A stretch of 64,000 nt of DNA, taken from NCBI GenBank assembly GCA_047602735.1, contig JBLKOK010000001.1, forward strand, positions 14,261 to 78,260. The letters are read 5' to 3'. The notes below the pieces were generated by a model. That model ran no database searches. It saw only the letters and a list, made by a program, of their open reading frames with translations, and was not told where the DNA came from. Source of the stretch: Candidatus Woesearchaeota archaeon (GTDB taxonomy: Archaea > Nanobdellota > Nanobdellia > Woesearchaeales > 21-14-0-10-32-9). Positions 17,936 through 26,866 of the stretch are shown here, piece after piece. Within the stretch, counting starts at the first letter, position 1. Every line of letters begins with the position of its first letter. The position numbers and the translations under genes are program-made.

Positions 17936-18991
17936 TTAATTTTTAACCAAATCAAAATATAACTCATGAGTTAACTTTTCTTTGTTTGTAACACTATAAT
18001 TTGAAGGAAGCTCGTGTTTATCTAATTCCTCCCAAAACAACTTAGAGTTCTTGTAAGGAATATCATCAATTTTATCTATTTGACTAGAACCAAAATATCT
18101 TATCTCGGCTTTTTTAGGCTTAAATAGTTTTATTAGAGGGTTTAAACTCTTAAATATGATACTTTTAGCACTTCCACTTATAAAAAAAGATACGTAGCTA
18201 CTTTCAGGAGTTATATGATAAGCCGCACTCCCATTGTCTAATTGTCCAACATAACTAAATCCTTTTATTTCACTTCCATCCAAAGCATCAAATTCTTTAG
18301 ACATACGACCAGAAACTTTAAGATTTGAAGCTGCTATTACAGATTCTAATAAAGGAATACCCTTAGAATTATTTAATTTTTTTAAGACCTTTAAATCTAC
18401 GTTGTATAATGAAACCAACATGTTTTTTTCAACAGGACTTTCTTTAGTTTGATTCACTTTTAATAAATCATGTCTATCACTTATTAAGTCACAATATATT
18501 CCTTTGACGTCTTTTTGCTTTGATTTTAACGTGTAGAAGAAAGGTATTTTTTGATCGTCAAATTTTTCCCAAAATAAGTCTTCATCACTCTCTTTTAATT
18601 CTTCTACAGCACTAGATGTAAAATATCTTATTTCTACTTTTACAGGATCAAAAAGATTTATTAGTGGATCTAGTGCTTTTAGAGGATCTGGCTCCCCACA
18701 AGTTGATAAAAAAAATGAAGCATATCTTTGACTTGGAAATATACTCGTTGCAGCCGTGCTCTCAGAGAGCATCGCAATATATCTTTTTCTTCCAACTTCT
18801 CTTGGAAGTTTTATTTCTATATCCCTCATTCCAAGATCCGATAATTTTCCATCTATGTTTGCGCCACTTTCAAATATTATTTTTTCAACATTTGCTACAG
18901 AGAATTGTTTGTTTAAAGTAGAATTTTTTATTACGTTTATTCCATATAATGCTACAAACAAATTTTTTTCAACAGGATTAAACTGAGTCAT
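17936..18991 (-). CDS. Hypothetical protein made of two tandem homologous ~175-aa domains
   Basis: The two halves align: NPVEKNLFVALYGINV with SPVEKNMLVSLYNVDL, and LDPLINLFDPVKVEIRYFTSSA with LNPLIKLFKPKKAEIRYFGSSQ. Confidence 0.45.
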   Translation of the reverse strand: MTQFNPVEKNLFVALYGINVIKNSTLNKQFSVANVEKIIFESGANIDGKLSDLGMRDIEIKLPREVGRKRYIAMLSESTAATSIFPSQRYASFFLSTCGEPDPLKALDPLINLFDPVKVEIRYFTSSAVEELKESDEDLFWEKFDDQKIPFFYTLKSKQKDVKGIYCDLISDRHDLLKVNQTKESPVEKNMLVSLYNVDLKVLKKLNNSKGIPLLESVIAASNLKVSGRMSKEFDALDGSEIKGFSYVGQLDNGSAAYHITPESSYVSFFISGSAKSIIFKSLNPLIKLFKPKKAEIRYFGSSQIDKIDDIPYKNSKLFWEELDKHELPSNYSVTNKEKLTHELYFDLVKN

Positions 18992-19026
18992 AAATCTTAG
19001 AAACCCAGTATTGTTTTTAAAAATAT

Positions 19027-19788
19027 TTATTTTAGATTAAAATCTAATAGAACAGGCAAGTGATCTGAGAAATGAGCTTCTAGTATTTCATAATTTACTA
19101 CTTTTATGTCAGGAGTCACCAATATATTATCTAATCTGTATTTAGGTTTCCAGCTAGGCTCAGTGTATTTTATTTTATGGTTAGGTTTTGAAGAGTAAGC
19201 ATCTACTAAGCGCGTTTTTTTAAGCAAAATATCTAGTTCTTCTTCTTTAAATGTGTTGAAATCCCCCATAACTATTATCGGCCCTTTTTTTGATTTTACT
19301 AATTCGGCTAATTCATTTAGTTGTTTTAGCCTAGTTTTTTTAAATAGCGCTAAGTGTACTATAAATAAAGTGACTTTTTTTTCTAATTCTATTGTTGTTT
19401 CTATTACTACTTTTTTTGTACCTTTTGATAAAAAATGATATTTAACATCAGACATAGGATATTTTGATAATAAAGCATTTTCTTGATATCTTAAAACAGG
19501 AAGTCTTCTAAACAGACCTTTAAAAGAATATTTTATTGTTTGAACAAAGAAATCAAGACCTAGTTTAAAACTAAAATAAGAAGGTTCATTTCTTTTACTA
19601 CTTCTTCTCCCACCACCGTCTATTTCAATTAATGCTAATATGTCTGGGTTAAATCCTTTTAAGAACCCTATTAGTTTGTCATCTAGTTGTTTTCTTGATC
19701 TAAAAAAATGATAGATATCTAAATATTGATATTTATTTTTAGTTGTACCACCACAATATTCAATGTTGTATAGAATTATTCTTTTCAC
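19027..19788 (-). CDS. Endonuclease/exonuclease/phosphatase (EEP) family protein
   Basis: DILALIEIDGG near the N-terminus, GDFNT, and C-terminal SDHLPVLLDF are typical EEP motifs. Confidence 0.75.
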   Translation of the reverse strand: MKRIILYNIEYCGGTTKNKYQYLDIYHFFRSRKQLDDKLIGFLKGFNPDILALIEIDGGGRRSSKRNEPSYFSFKLGLDFFVQTIKYSFKGLFRRLPVLRYQENALLSKYPMSDVKYHFLSKGTKKVVIETTIELEKKVTLFIVHLALFKKTRLKQLNELAELVKSKKGPIIVMGDFNTFKEEELDILLKKTRLVDAYSSKPNHKIKYTEPSWKPKYRLDNILVTPDIKVVNYEILEAHFSDHLPVLLDFNLK

Positions 19789-19853
19789 AAAGATAAAAAA
19801 TAAAAAAAGTGTTTAAAAAACTTGTTAATTATTAAAAAGTAAAAAAAATAAGA

Positions 19854-20309
19854 TTATCCTACGAATAATCTTGCTTTCTTAGAGTCATACTTCCAATCTT
19901 TTGGTAGCCTATTAGATGATTTGTAATATTTAACTAATCTTCTAATCTTTGACTCAGTTAGTTGTAATCCTCTTTTAGCAGTGTAATCATGCTTATTTTC
20001 ATCTAAGTGATCTTTGATTAAGATACTTTTTTTGATTAAAGCTAATAAGTCCTCAGGTATTTGAGGTAAAACACTCTTTTCAGAAAGAGTCTTGGTAATA
20101 CTTTTACCAGTTAATGTTTTAACATCAGGTAAACCATATTCATCTCTAAAAATTATACCAATTTGACTAGCTGTTTTTCCTTCTTTAGAAAATTTAACTA
20201 TTAATAGTTCAACTTCTTTAGGTGTTAATTTAACCCAACTAGGTACTGTTTTGTTTACTGGCTTTGTACTTCCAGATTTTCCCTTTGCTCTACTATGCAT
20301 TCTTGCCAT
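19854..20309 (-). CDS. rps15: Ribosomal protein uS15 (archaeal S15P / S13e type)
   Basis: MARMHSRAKGKSGSTKP...LTESKIRRLVKYYK...LPKDWKY; GGAGG SD lies 7 nt upstream. Confidence 0.92.
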   Translation of the reverse strand: MARMHSRAKGKSGSTKPVNKTVPSWVKLTPKEVELLIVKFSKEGKTASQIGIIFRDEYGLPDVKTLTGKSITKTLSEKSVLPQIPEDLLALIKKSILIKDHLDENKHDYTAKRGLQLTESKIRRLVKYYKSSNRLPKDWKYDSKKARLFVG

Positions 20310-20413
20310 ATTAATTCCTCCATTCTGGAGTAGAAATCTTAGTTCTATCCCAGCATAAGTAAGCTTTCACCGACTTATCTATGTTGTTAGTAAACCCTGT
20401 TTATTTAAAAAGT

Positions 20414-20650
20414 TTATTCCTCATCACTTATTGCTTCAGATCTTGCTATCATTTCATCAAGCATATCTTTGAATTCTTGTTCAGTTATAACTCCTTTTTT
20501 TATTAAGAGTTCTATTAGAACTGCTACTGTGTGCTGAGTCCCATAAGCTACTTCTTCTAAAGCAAGTGTTTCAAAATCTTTTTCTTCATAATCTTTTTCC
20601 ATGTAAAAAACGAAATTGAATAGCTGTTTTAAATATTTTGAATTTAACAT
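20414..20650 (-). CDS. Hypothetical small acidic protein (alternative start at 20602, MEKDYEEK...)
   Basis: ORF only. Confidence 0.35.
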   Translation of the reverse strand: MLNSKYLKQLFNFVFYMEKDYEEKDFETLALEEVAYGTQHTVAVLIELLIKKGVITEQEFKDMLDEMIARSEAISDEE

Positions 20651-20685
20651 AAATATATAAAAAAAACTCGTTTTCTTTTTAGGTT

Positions 20686-21213
20686 ATGATAAAAATAAAA
20701 GGATATGAATTTTCTGAACAAAAAGTTAAGGACTCATTTAATAGAAGAGCAGTTGCATTTAATAATAGTATTATTTCTAATTTGAAAAAAGTTGGAGTCG
20801 AAGAAGAGCAAATAGATGTTAGCTTAGAATCTATGGCAATTGCTAGAAAACCAGCTTTTGTTTCATGGTATCATGACGGACAATACCATTATTATAGTTA
20901 TAACTCAGGGAAATTCGTTGAAAACTTGGCTGTTATAAATAAATTAATACAATTATTTGTTGCAGATGTATTAAACGAAGTTATTAGTTTAGAAGATTTT
21001 TTTGCTAGCTTTAGAGAAAAAGATGATGTTGAAGTTAAAAGAAAGGAAGCTCGCGAATACTTTGGGTTAGAAGAAGATTTTAGTTTAGATGAAGTTAATA
21101 AAGCCTATAAGAAGCTTGCTAAAAATTTGCATCCAGATATGCCTAACGGAGATGTTGAAGGTTTTAAGAAATTAAATGAAGCTCACAAAATTTTAAAAAG
21201 AGAATTTAGTTAA
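20686..21213 (+). CDS. J-domain protein (DnaJ-like domain at C-terminus)
   Basis: AYKKLAKNLHPDMPNGDVEGFKKLNEAHKIL contains the HPD tripeptide in a J-domain helix II/III context. Confidence 0.7.
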   Translation: MIKIKGYEFSEQKVKDSFNRRAVAFNNSIISNLKKVGVEEEQIDVSLESMAIARKPAFVSWYHDGQYHYYSYNSGKFVENLAVINKLIQLFVADVLNEVISLEDFFASFREKDDVEVKRKEAREYFGLEEDFSLDEVNKAYKKLAKNLHPDMPNGDVEGFKKLNEAHKILKREFS

Positions 21214-21221
21214 TATTAATT

Positions 21222-22232
21222 ATGACTTCAAAATTTTTTATTAAAGATTTAGAGCTTAGTAATCCTTTTATTTTAGCACCTATGGAAGCAGTTAATTGCG
21301 CTAGTTTTAGAGTTCTTTGTAAGCGAAGAGGTGCAGGACTTGTTTTTACAGATATGATTGATGCAGATTATTTCATAGAAGCAGTTAATAGTGAGGGCGA
21401 AGAATATGCAGTTAATAAATATATTAATCCTCAAAAAGAAGAAAGACCTTTGTGTGTTCAGATTGGAGGAGGAAAAGTTGAAACATTAGTTTTAGCTTCA
21501 AAGATTATTAGTAAGTATTGTGATATGATTGATTATAATGTCGGGTGCCCTCTTGGATATATGCTTGGAAAGAAAGGAGGTGTTTATTTGATGAAACACC
21601 CAAATATTTTAGAAAAAATTGTTATAGAGCTTAGAAAGAATATTTCTCTTCCTTTTAGCGTTAAAATAAGATCAGGTTGGGATATTGATAATGAGAATGC
21701 TTTAGAGGTTTCTTTAATGCTTGAGAGATTAGGCGTTGATGCTATTACTATTCATGGTAGAACAAGAAAACAGCTTTATAGAAGAAGAGCTAATTGGCCT
21801 CTTGTTAGGAAGATAAAAGAGAGTATTAGAATACCTATTATTTTGAGTGGGGATGTTACAAATAGTTATATGGCACATATGGCATTTTTACATACTAAAT
21901 GCGATTTTATTATGTGTGCTAGAGGCGCTATGAATAATCCCAGTATTTTTAAGAGTTTGAATAAATATTATAATAACTGGGTTAAGTTAGGAATAGAGCC
22001 AGAAAAGCCAGAAAATACTTATTGTAAAAATAAGGAAGAGGTCGTGTTAGATTTTTTAGACTTCTTAGAATTATATAACTCTATAGAACACCGATATAAG
22101 TTTTCTGAGCTTCAAGACCATGCTATTTGGAGTGTTAGAGAAGCAAAAAATAATAGCTTGTTAAAACAAAATATTTTAAATGCTAAAACAGAGAAAGAAT
22201 TAATAAAAATAATAAAAAAAAGTGTTTTTTAA
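21222..22232 (+). CDS. tRNA-dihydrouridine synthase (Dus family)
   Basis: LAPMEAVN..FR, NVGCP (catalytic Cys), VKIRSGWD and ITIHGRTR. Confidence 0.85.
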   Translation: MTSKFFIKDLELSNPFILAPMEAVNCASFRVLCKRRGAGLVFTDMIDADYFIEAVNSEGEEYAVNKYINPQKEERPLCVQIGGGKVETLVLASKIISKYCDMIDYNVGCPLGYMLGKKGGVYLMKHPNILEKIVIELRKNISLPFSVKIRSGWDIDNENALEVSLMLERLGVDAITIHGRTRKQLYRRRANWPLVRKIKESIRIPIILSGDVTNSYMAHMAFLHTKCDFIMCARGAMNNPSIFKSLNKYYNNWVKLGIEPEKPENTYCKNKEEVVLDFLDFLELYNSIEHRYKFSELQDHAIWSVREAKNNSLLKQNILNAKTEKELIKIIKKSVF

Positions 22233-22820
22233 TTAATTTTCTCTAGCAACTTTTAGAGCTTTAGTCCACCAAAGAAGTTGATTTGTCATACTTTCAAAAG
22301 CCTCTTCTTTAGATTTTAAAACTTCTTCCATACTTGTTTGACCAAATAATGCAGGGAAGTATTGCTCACCATTTATGTGAATTGCTTCTCTTATAGGCGC
22401 CATTTGAAGTTCTATTGCTATAAGTCTTAAGTGTTCTATTGCCCTAGCTCCCCCGTTACTTCCATAGCTTATGAATGCTATTGGTTTTCGGTACCATTCT
22501 TCTCCAACCCAATCAAATGCATTTTTTAATACACCTGAAGTGCTATGATTGTATTCAGGAGTTACTACTAAGTATGCATCAGCTTGTGCTATTTTCTTTG
22601 TGAATTTTGCTACAGTTTCATTTTTATAAGGTTCTTGTTTGTACATTGGAGATTGTGCTTCATTAAAAAAAGGCATTTCATAATCTTTTAAATCAATTAT
22701 TTCAACATCTAAATCTTTATTTTCTAATTGATTTTTTGCCCAATCGCCCGCCGTTTTTGCAAATCTTCCTTCTCTTACACTACCTATTATTATCTTTATG
22801 TTAAATTTTTTCGTTTCCAT
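22233..22820 (-). CDS. NADPH-dependent FMN reductase family protein
   Basis: IIIGSVREGRF and VTPEYNHSTSGVLKNAFDW motifs. Confidence 0.75.
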   Translation of the reverse strand: METKKFNIKIIIGSVREGRFAKTAGDWAKNQLENKDLDVEIIDLKDYEMPFFNEAQSPMYKQEPYKNETVAKFTKKIAQADAYLVVTPEYNHSTSGVLKNAFDWVGEEWYRKPIAFISYGSNGGARAIEHLRLIAIELQMAPIREAIHINGEQYFPALFGQTSMEEVLKSKEEAFESMTNQLLWWTKALKVAREN

Positions 22821-22863
22821 TACTATAAAAAATATAGTATTATTTATAAGTTTTACTGAAAAA

Positions 22864-23931
22864 TTAAGAATTTAAAATAAATATTGTCTCAAAATGCTTT
22901 GTGTTTGGAAACATATCTATAAGAATTGTTTTCTTTATTTTATACGCCGAATTCTTTATTTCTTTTAAAGTTTGATCTGAGTTACAAGATACATAGACTA
23001 CATTTTTTGAAGTTATATTATTTAATAAGTCTTCACTTCCACTTCTTGGAGGATCAAGTATTACTGTGTCATAGAGCTCTTGATTATATGTATGGTTGTT
23101 AACATCTAAATTGTATGTTTGACATGCTAAGTTGTTTCTTTCTAAGTTTTCCAAAAGCAAAGCATGACTTAGTCTATCTCCTTCAACAGCAATTACTTCA
23201 AATCCTTTTTTTACTAAAGGCAGAGTAAAATTTCCATTACCACAATATAATTCTAAAACTTTTTTTCCTTTTGTATTTTCTAAAACTTTTTTTATTAACT
23301 CGTTGTTCATTAAAAGATTAGATTGTACAAATCCATTTGGATGATGTTTTATTTCTAAATCTTCAAAATAATAATATGCTTTTTTTGTAGTTACTTCCTT
23401 TTTTTTGTAATCATAAACATATGTTTTTGGAGGCTCTTTGAATACTTCTTTGTTGAATTCATCATTTATTATATGACATTTTTCTATTTTTACTACTTCT
23501 CTTGATTTTCTTTTATAAAATCCTTTTCCTTGAGTTCTTACTTTGTCTCTGTAATGATATTCTTTTTTTGCAGGAATTACTTCTAAGTCTTCTAAATTTA
23601 AACCGTGTTTTTTTGCTTGAAATTCTAATATTATTTGTTTTTGTCTTAGTTGTTCATCATAATTTATGTGTAGTAAATCACAAGCACCACATATAGTGAA
23701 ATGTTTACAAATAGGCTTTCTTCTGTTTTTTGATGGTTTGAGTATTTTATTTATTTTTGCTTCGAAATAAACTTTTTTTTGAGTGGTTATGGTTACTTCT
23801 AATAAGTCTCCTGGAACAGAGTAAGGAACAAATATTGCACGATTTGTGTCTTTTTCTACAAATCCAACACCTAAACCAGTAGAAGCTAAGTTCTTTATTT
23901 CTAATGTTAATTTATCTCCAACTTTAAACAT
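22864..23931 (-). CDS. RNA (uracil-C5)-methyltransferase, TrmA/RumA family, with TRAM domain and Fe-S cysteines
   Basis: N-terminal TRAM-like segment (GLGVGFV...VPGDLLEV), CKHFTICGAC cluster, SAM motif LELYCGNGNF, and DPPRSG. Confidence 0.8.
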   Translation of the reverse strand: MFKVGDKLTLEIKNLASTGLGVGFVEKDTNRAIFVPYSVPGDLLEVTITTQKKVYFEAKINKILKPSKNRRKPICKHFTICGACDLLHINYDEQLRQKQIILEFQAKKHGLNLEDLEVIPAKKEYHYRDKVRTQGKGFYKRKSREVVKIEKCHIINDEFNKEVFKEPPKTYVYDYKKKEVTTKKAYYYFEDLEIKHHPNGFVQSNLLMNNELIKKVLENTKGKKVLELYCGNGNFTLPLVKKGFEVIAVEGDRLSHALLLENLERNNLACQTYNLDVNNHTYNQELYDTVILDPPRSGSEDLLNNITSKNVVYVSCNSDQTLKEIKNSAYKIKKTILIDMFPNTKHFETIFILNS

Positions 23932-23994
23932 AAATTATACTAATCATTAACCTAATATAAAACTATTTATACAAGTTAATATATAAAAAAAGTT

Positions 23995-24168
23995 ATGGCT
24001 AAGAAAAAAAGAGATGACTCAGCAGCATTGTTTATACCTGCAGGAGTACTATTAGGTATGGGATTTGGATTTTTATTTGATAACTTAGTAGCAGGACTCT
24101 TTATAGGTCTTGGAATTGGATTCTTTGCATTTGCACTTCTTTTGACTATTAAGAATTATAATAAATAA
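23995..24168 (+). CDS. Small membrane protein (57 aa, two Gly-rich hydrophobic helices)
   Basis: ORF absent from the supplied track; my own translation is MAKKKRDDSAALFIPAGVLLGMGFGFLFDNLVAGLFIGLGIGFFAFALLLTIKNYNK. Confidence 0.4.
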   Translation: MAKKKRDDSAALFIPAGVLLGMGFGFLFDNLVAGLFIGLGIGFFAFALLLTIKNYNK

Positions 24169-24207
24169 GCCAGTAGTTTTATATAATTATTAGAAGTCCG
24201 TCTTTGT

Positions 24208-26271
24208 ATGAGAGAGGATTATCTTAAGATACTTAAGTTATTTGATGTTTTACCATTTCCTTTAGGCATTAAAAACCTTGTTTGTTTTCTTCAAGGAAAA
24301 GAAAATAAGAGTATGATAAAAAATAGTCTTCATTTAATGCCCGAGTTTGGATGTCTTAGTTACCTGGATGAAAAAAGCATTAAAGACATAGTAGATAATT
24401 TAAAAATTAATGGATTTTTAGAGCTTGTACCTTTAGAACAAAATCATTTTATTAAAGTAATACAAATAACTAGTCTTGGAAAACAAGAGTTAAAAGAACC
24501 AACTCTTATAGATAAATCTTTTAATTATGACGAATACGATACAGTTGTAAGTGATAATGATAAAAAGAAATTTGAAGCTCTCGGAGATTATCTTAATTAT
24601 TATAATGATAAGCAAAAACTTGCAATAATAGAGTCTTCAAATAATATTTTGTGTATTGCAGGAGCAGGAACAGGAAAAACTAGTGTTTTGACTAAAAGAA
24701 TAGAATTTTTGATTAAATATAAATCCGTTAATCCAACTAAGATTTTAGCAATAACTTTTACTAGAAAAGCAAAAGAACATATGACTTTGAAGTTAAGAGA
24801 GTTTGGAATTTTTAATGTTCAAGTAGAGACTTTTAATTCTTTTGCAGAAAAAATACTTAGAAAACACGAAAACAAGATATATGGTAAACAAATTAAAGTC
24901 ATTAGTTATTCAGATAAGCTAAGAATTGTTAATTTAGCTCTTAATTCTATGAACCTTGACAGATACGGAGCTTTGAATAATTATTTTGATTTAAAACAAA
25001 AAAGAGGAAAAACAAACGAGGAATTGTTTAAGATATTTGTTAGCGATTGCTTTTTTGTAGTAGATTATTTTAAATATAAAAACTTAGAGCTTAACCAATC
25101 AAGCTTTTTTATTTCAAAAGAACACAAACACGCAACCAACCTCGTTTTTGGAGTTTGCAAGTTTATCACCGCGTATATGAAGAAAAATGGACTTAGAGAT
25201 TTTACAGATCAAATAGTAGATACTATCTCATTTTTTAAAGAGCACAAAGAACATATTCCTTTATTTGAACACGTGTTAATAGATGAATACCAAGATATTA
25301 ATTCTGCCCAGATAGAACTTATAGATTTACTTGAATCAAAAAACTTGTTTGTTGTTGGAGACCCAAGACAATCTATTTATGGATGGAGAGGATCAGATAT
25401 AAAGTATATTCTTAATTTTCAAACAAAGTATGATGCAGTTAAGATTATTACCTTAACAAAGAATTATAGATCTACTATGTTTATCTTAGATTTGATTAAT
25501 AAGCAGATTAAATCTATGGGGCTTTCAGACTTAGAATACGACAGGGTTGGAAATAATAATATATTGATTAAAAAGTTTACAGGGATTGAGAAAGAATATG
25601 ATTTTGTTTCAAAGAAAATATTGAAATTTATAGGTTCTGTTGATAAGATTTTTGTTATAGCAAGAACAAATTATGAGCTTAGAGAGTTTGAGGTTTATTT
25701 AAAGAAATACGGAATTTTTTATGGTAAGAAAACAGAGTTTGAAGATACTAGTTCTTCTAAGAAAGTTACTATTGCAACAATACACGCAATAAAAGGACTT
25801 GAAGCAGACGTTGTTTTTGTTATTGGTTGCAATAATTCTCATTTTCCATGTATTAGCTCAGAGCACCCTATTATTAGTTTGATTAAGATTAATGAATATG
25901 ATAGAGAAGATGAAGAGAGAAGACTTCTTTATGTAGCCCTTAGCAGAGCTAAAGACCATTTGTTTATTACACATACAGGAAGACTTACTAAGTACTTAGA
26001 CTCAGATGATGGAGCAGATGTTAAAAGAGTTGTTAAAGACGTGTTTAAGAACGCAGATTTAGATGTTGTTAATTCTTTAAAAGAATGGCGTAGCGAGAAA
26101 GCAAAGAAGCTTAAAATACCTGCTTATTTGATTTTGAGTAACGCTACACTTGAAGAGATCGCACTTAACATGCCCATTACTAGTTACGCATTAGAAGAAG
26201 TTAAAGGTATGGGTAAGGTAAAAGTTAGAAGATACGGAGAAGAAATCTTAAAGATTGTTAATCAGTATTAA
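24208..26271 (+). CDS. SF1 UvrD/PcrA-type DNA helicase with N-terminal RQC-like winged helix and C-terminal HRDC-like domain
   Basis: Helicase motifs AGAGTGKTS, DEYQD, GDPRQSIYGWRG, KNYRS, TIHAIKGLE and YVALSRA. The N-terminus follows the RecQ RQC pattern (FPLGIKNLVCFLQGKENKSM...FGCL...IVDNLKINGFLE). The C-terminus is HRDC-like (IPAYLILSNATLEEIALNMP...VKGMGKVKVRRYGEEIL). Confidence 0.8.
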   Translation: MREDYLKILKLFDVLPFPLGIKNLVCFLQGKENKSMIKNSLHLMPEFGCLSYLDEKSIKDIVDNLKINGFLELVPLEQNHFIKVIQITSLGKQELKEPTLIDKSFNYDEYDTVVSDNDKKKFEALGDYLNYYNDKQKLAIIESSNNILCIAGAGTGKTSVLTKRIEFLIKYKSVNPTKILAITFTRKAKEHMTLKLREFGIFNVQVETFNSFAEKILRKHENKIYGKQIKVISYSDKLRIVNLALNSMNLDRYGALNNYFDLKQKRGKTNEELFKIFVSDCFFVVDYFKYKNLELNQSSFFISKEHKHATNLVFGVCKFITAYMKKNGLRDFTDQIVDTISFFKEHKEHIPLFEHVLIDEYQDINSAQIELIDLLESKNLFVVGDPRQSIYGWRGSDIKYILNFQTKYDAVKIITLTKNYRSTMFILDLINKQIKSMGLSDLEYDRVGNNNILIKKFTGIEKEYDFVSKKILKFIGSVDKIFVIARTNYELREFEVYLKKYGIFYGKKTEFEDTSSSKKVTIATIHAIKGLEADVVFVIGCNNSHFPCISSEHPIISLIKINEYDREDEERRLLYVALSRAKDHLFITHTGRLTKYLDSDDGADVKRVVKDVFKNADLDVVNSLKEWRSEKAKKLKIPAYLILSNATLEEIALNMPITSYALEEVKGMGKVKVRRYGEEILKIVNQY

Positions 26272-26276
26272 AAAAA

Positions 26277-26352
26277 TGGTAGCCCTGCTCGGATTTGAAC
26301 CGAGGTCTCCAGATCCAAAGTCTAGAATGATTGGCCGCTACACTACAGGGCT
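26277..26352 (-). tRNA. tRNA-Gln (anticodon UUG), CCA encoded
   Basis: The reverse complement AGCCCTG-TA-...-CTAGA-CTTTGGA-TCTGG-...-CTCGG-TTCAAAT-CCGAG-CAGGGCT-A-CCA folds by eye as a cloverleaf. It is a GC-rich island in AT-rich DNA. Confidence 0.88.
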
Positions 26353-26459
26353 AGTTCATTAAAAGAATAGTAAATAGTTTTTAAATTTATTTATTTGATT
26401 TAAATACTCACTAGACTAATAACACAACTATTAAATACTCTATAATAAAGACAAGGATC

Positions 26460-26825
26460 ATGAAAGACATACTAAAAGAATATATTAATTTTTGGGGCAA
26501 CCCAACAAGAGCCATATATTTTAAGAATGAAAAAGACGAGGACATAAAAGAAGCTTTTCAAGAAGTTTTAGCTCTAAATCCAGGAGAAGAATTTAATGAA
26601 CATTTAAATGAGAGTGACTTAGTTATAATGTTAAATGAAGACTATAAATCATTTAATGGTAATCTTCAAGGAATTAAGATATTAACAAATAACCATGATT
26701 TATTTAACGATTATAAAAACTATCAGTTTTTATGTGCTATAAGCTATGAAAATAACAAAGCAATTGCTAGCCAAATAAGATTTAAAGTGAAAGATAACGA
26801 GTTTTATGTTTTAAAGAAAAGATAA
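26460..26825 (+). CDS. Hypothetical protein
   Basis: 121-aa ORF immediately upstream of rad50; no motif recognised (it is not an Mre11 phosphoesterase). Confidence 0.4.
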   Translation: MKDILKEYINFWGNPTRAIYFKNEKDEDIKEAFQEVLALNPGEEFNEHLNESDLVIMLNEDYKSFNGNLQGIKILTNNHDLFNDYKNYQFLCAISYENNKAIASQIRFKVKDNEFYVLKKR

Positions 26826-26866
26826 AGACTAGAAGAATATTTAAACATAATTTAGTTTCTAAATAT

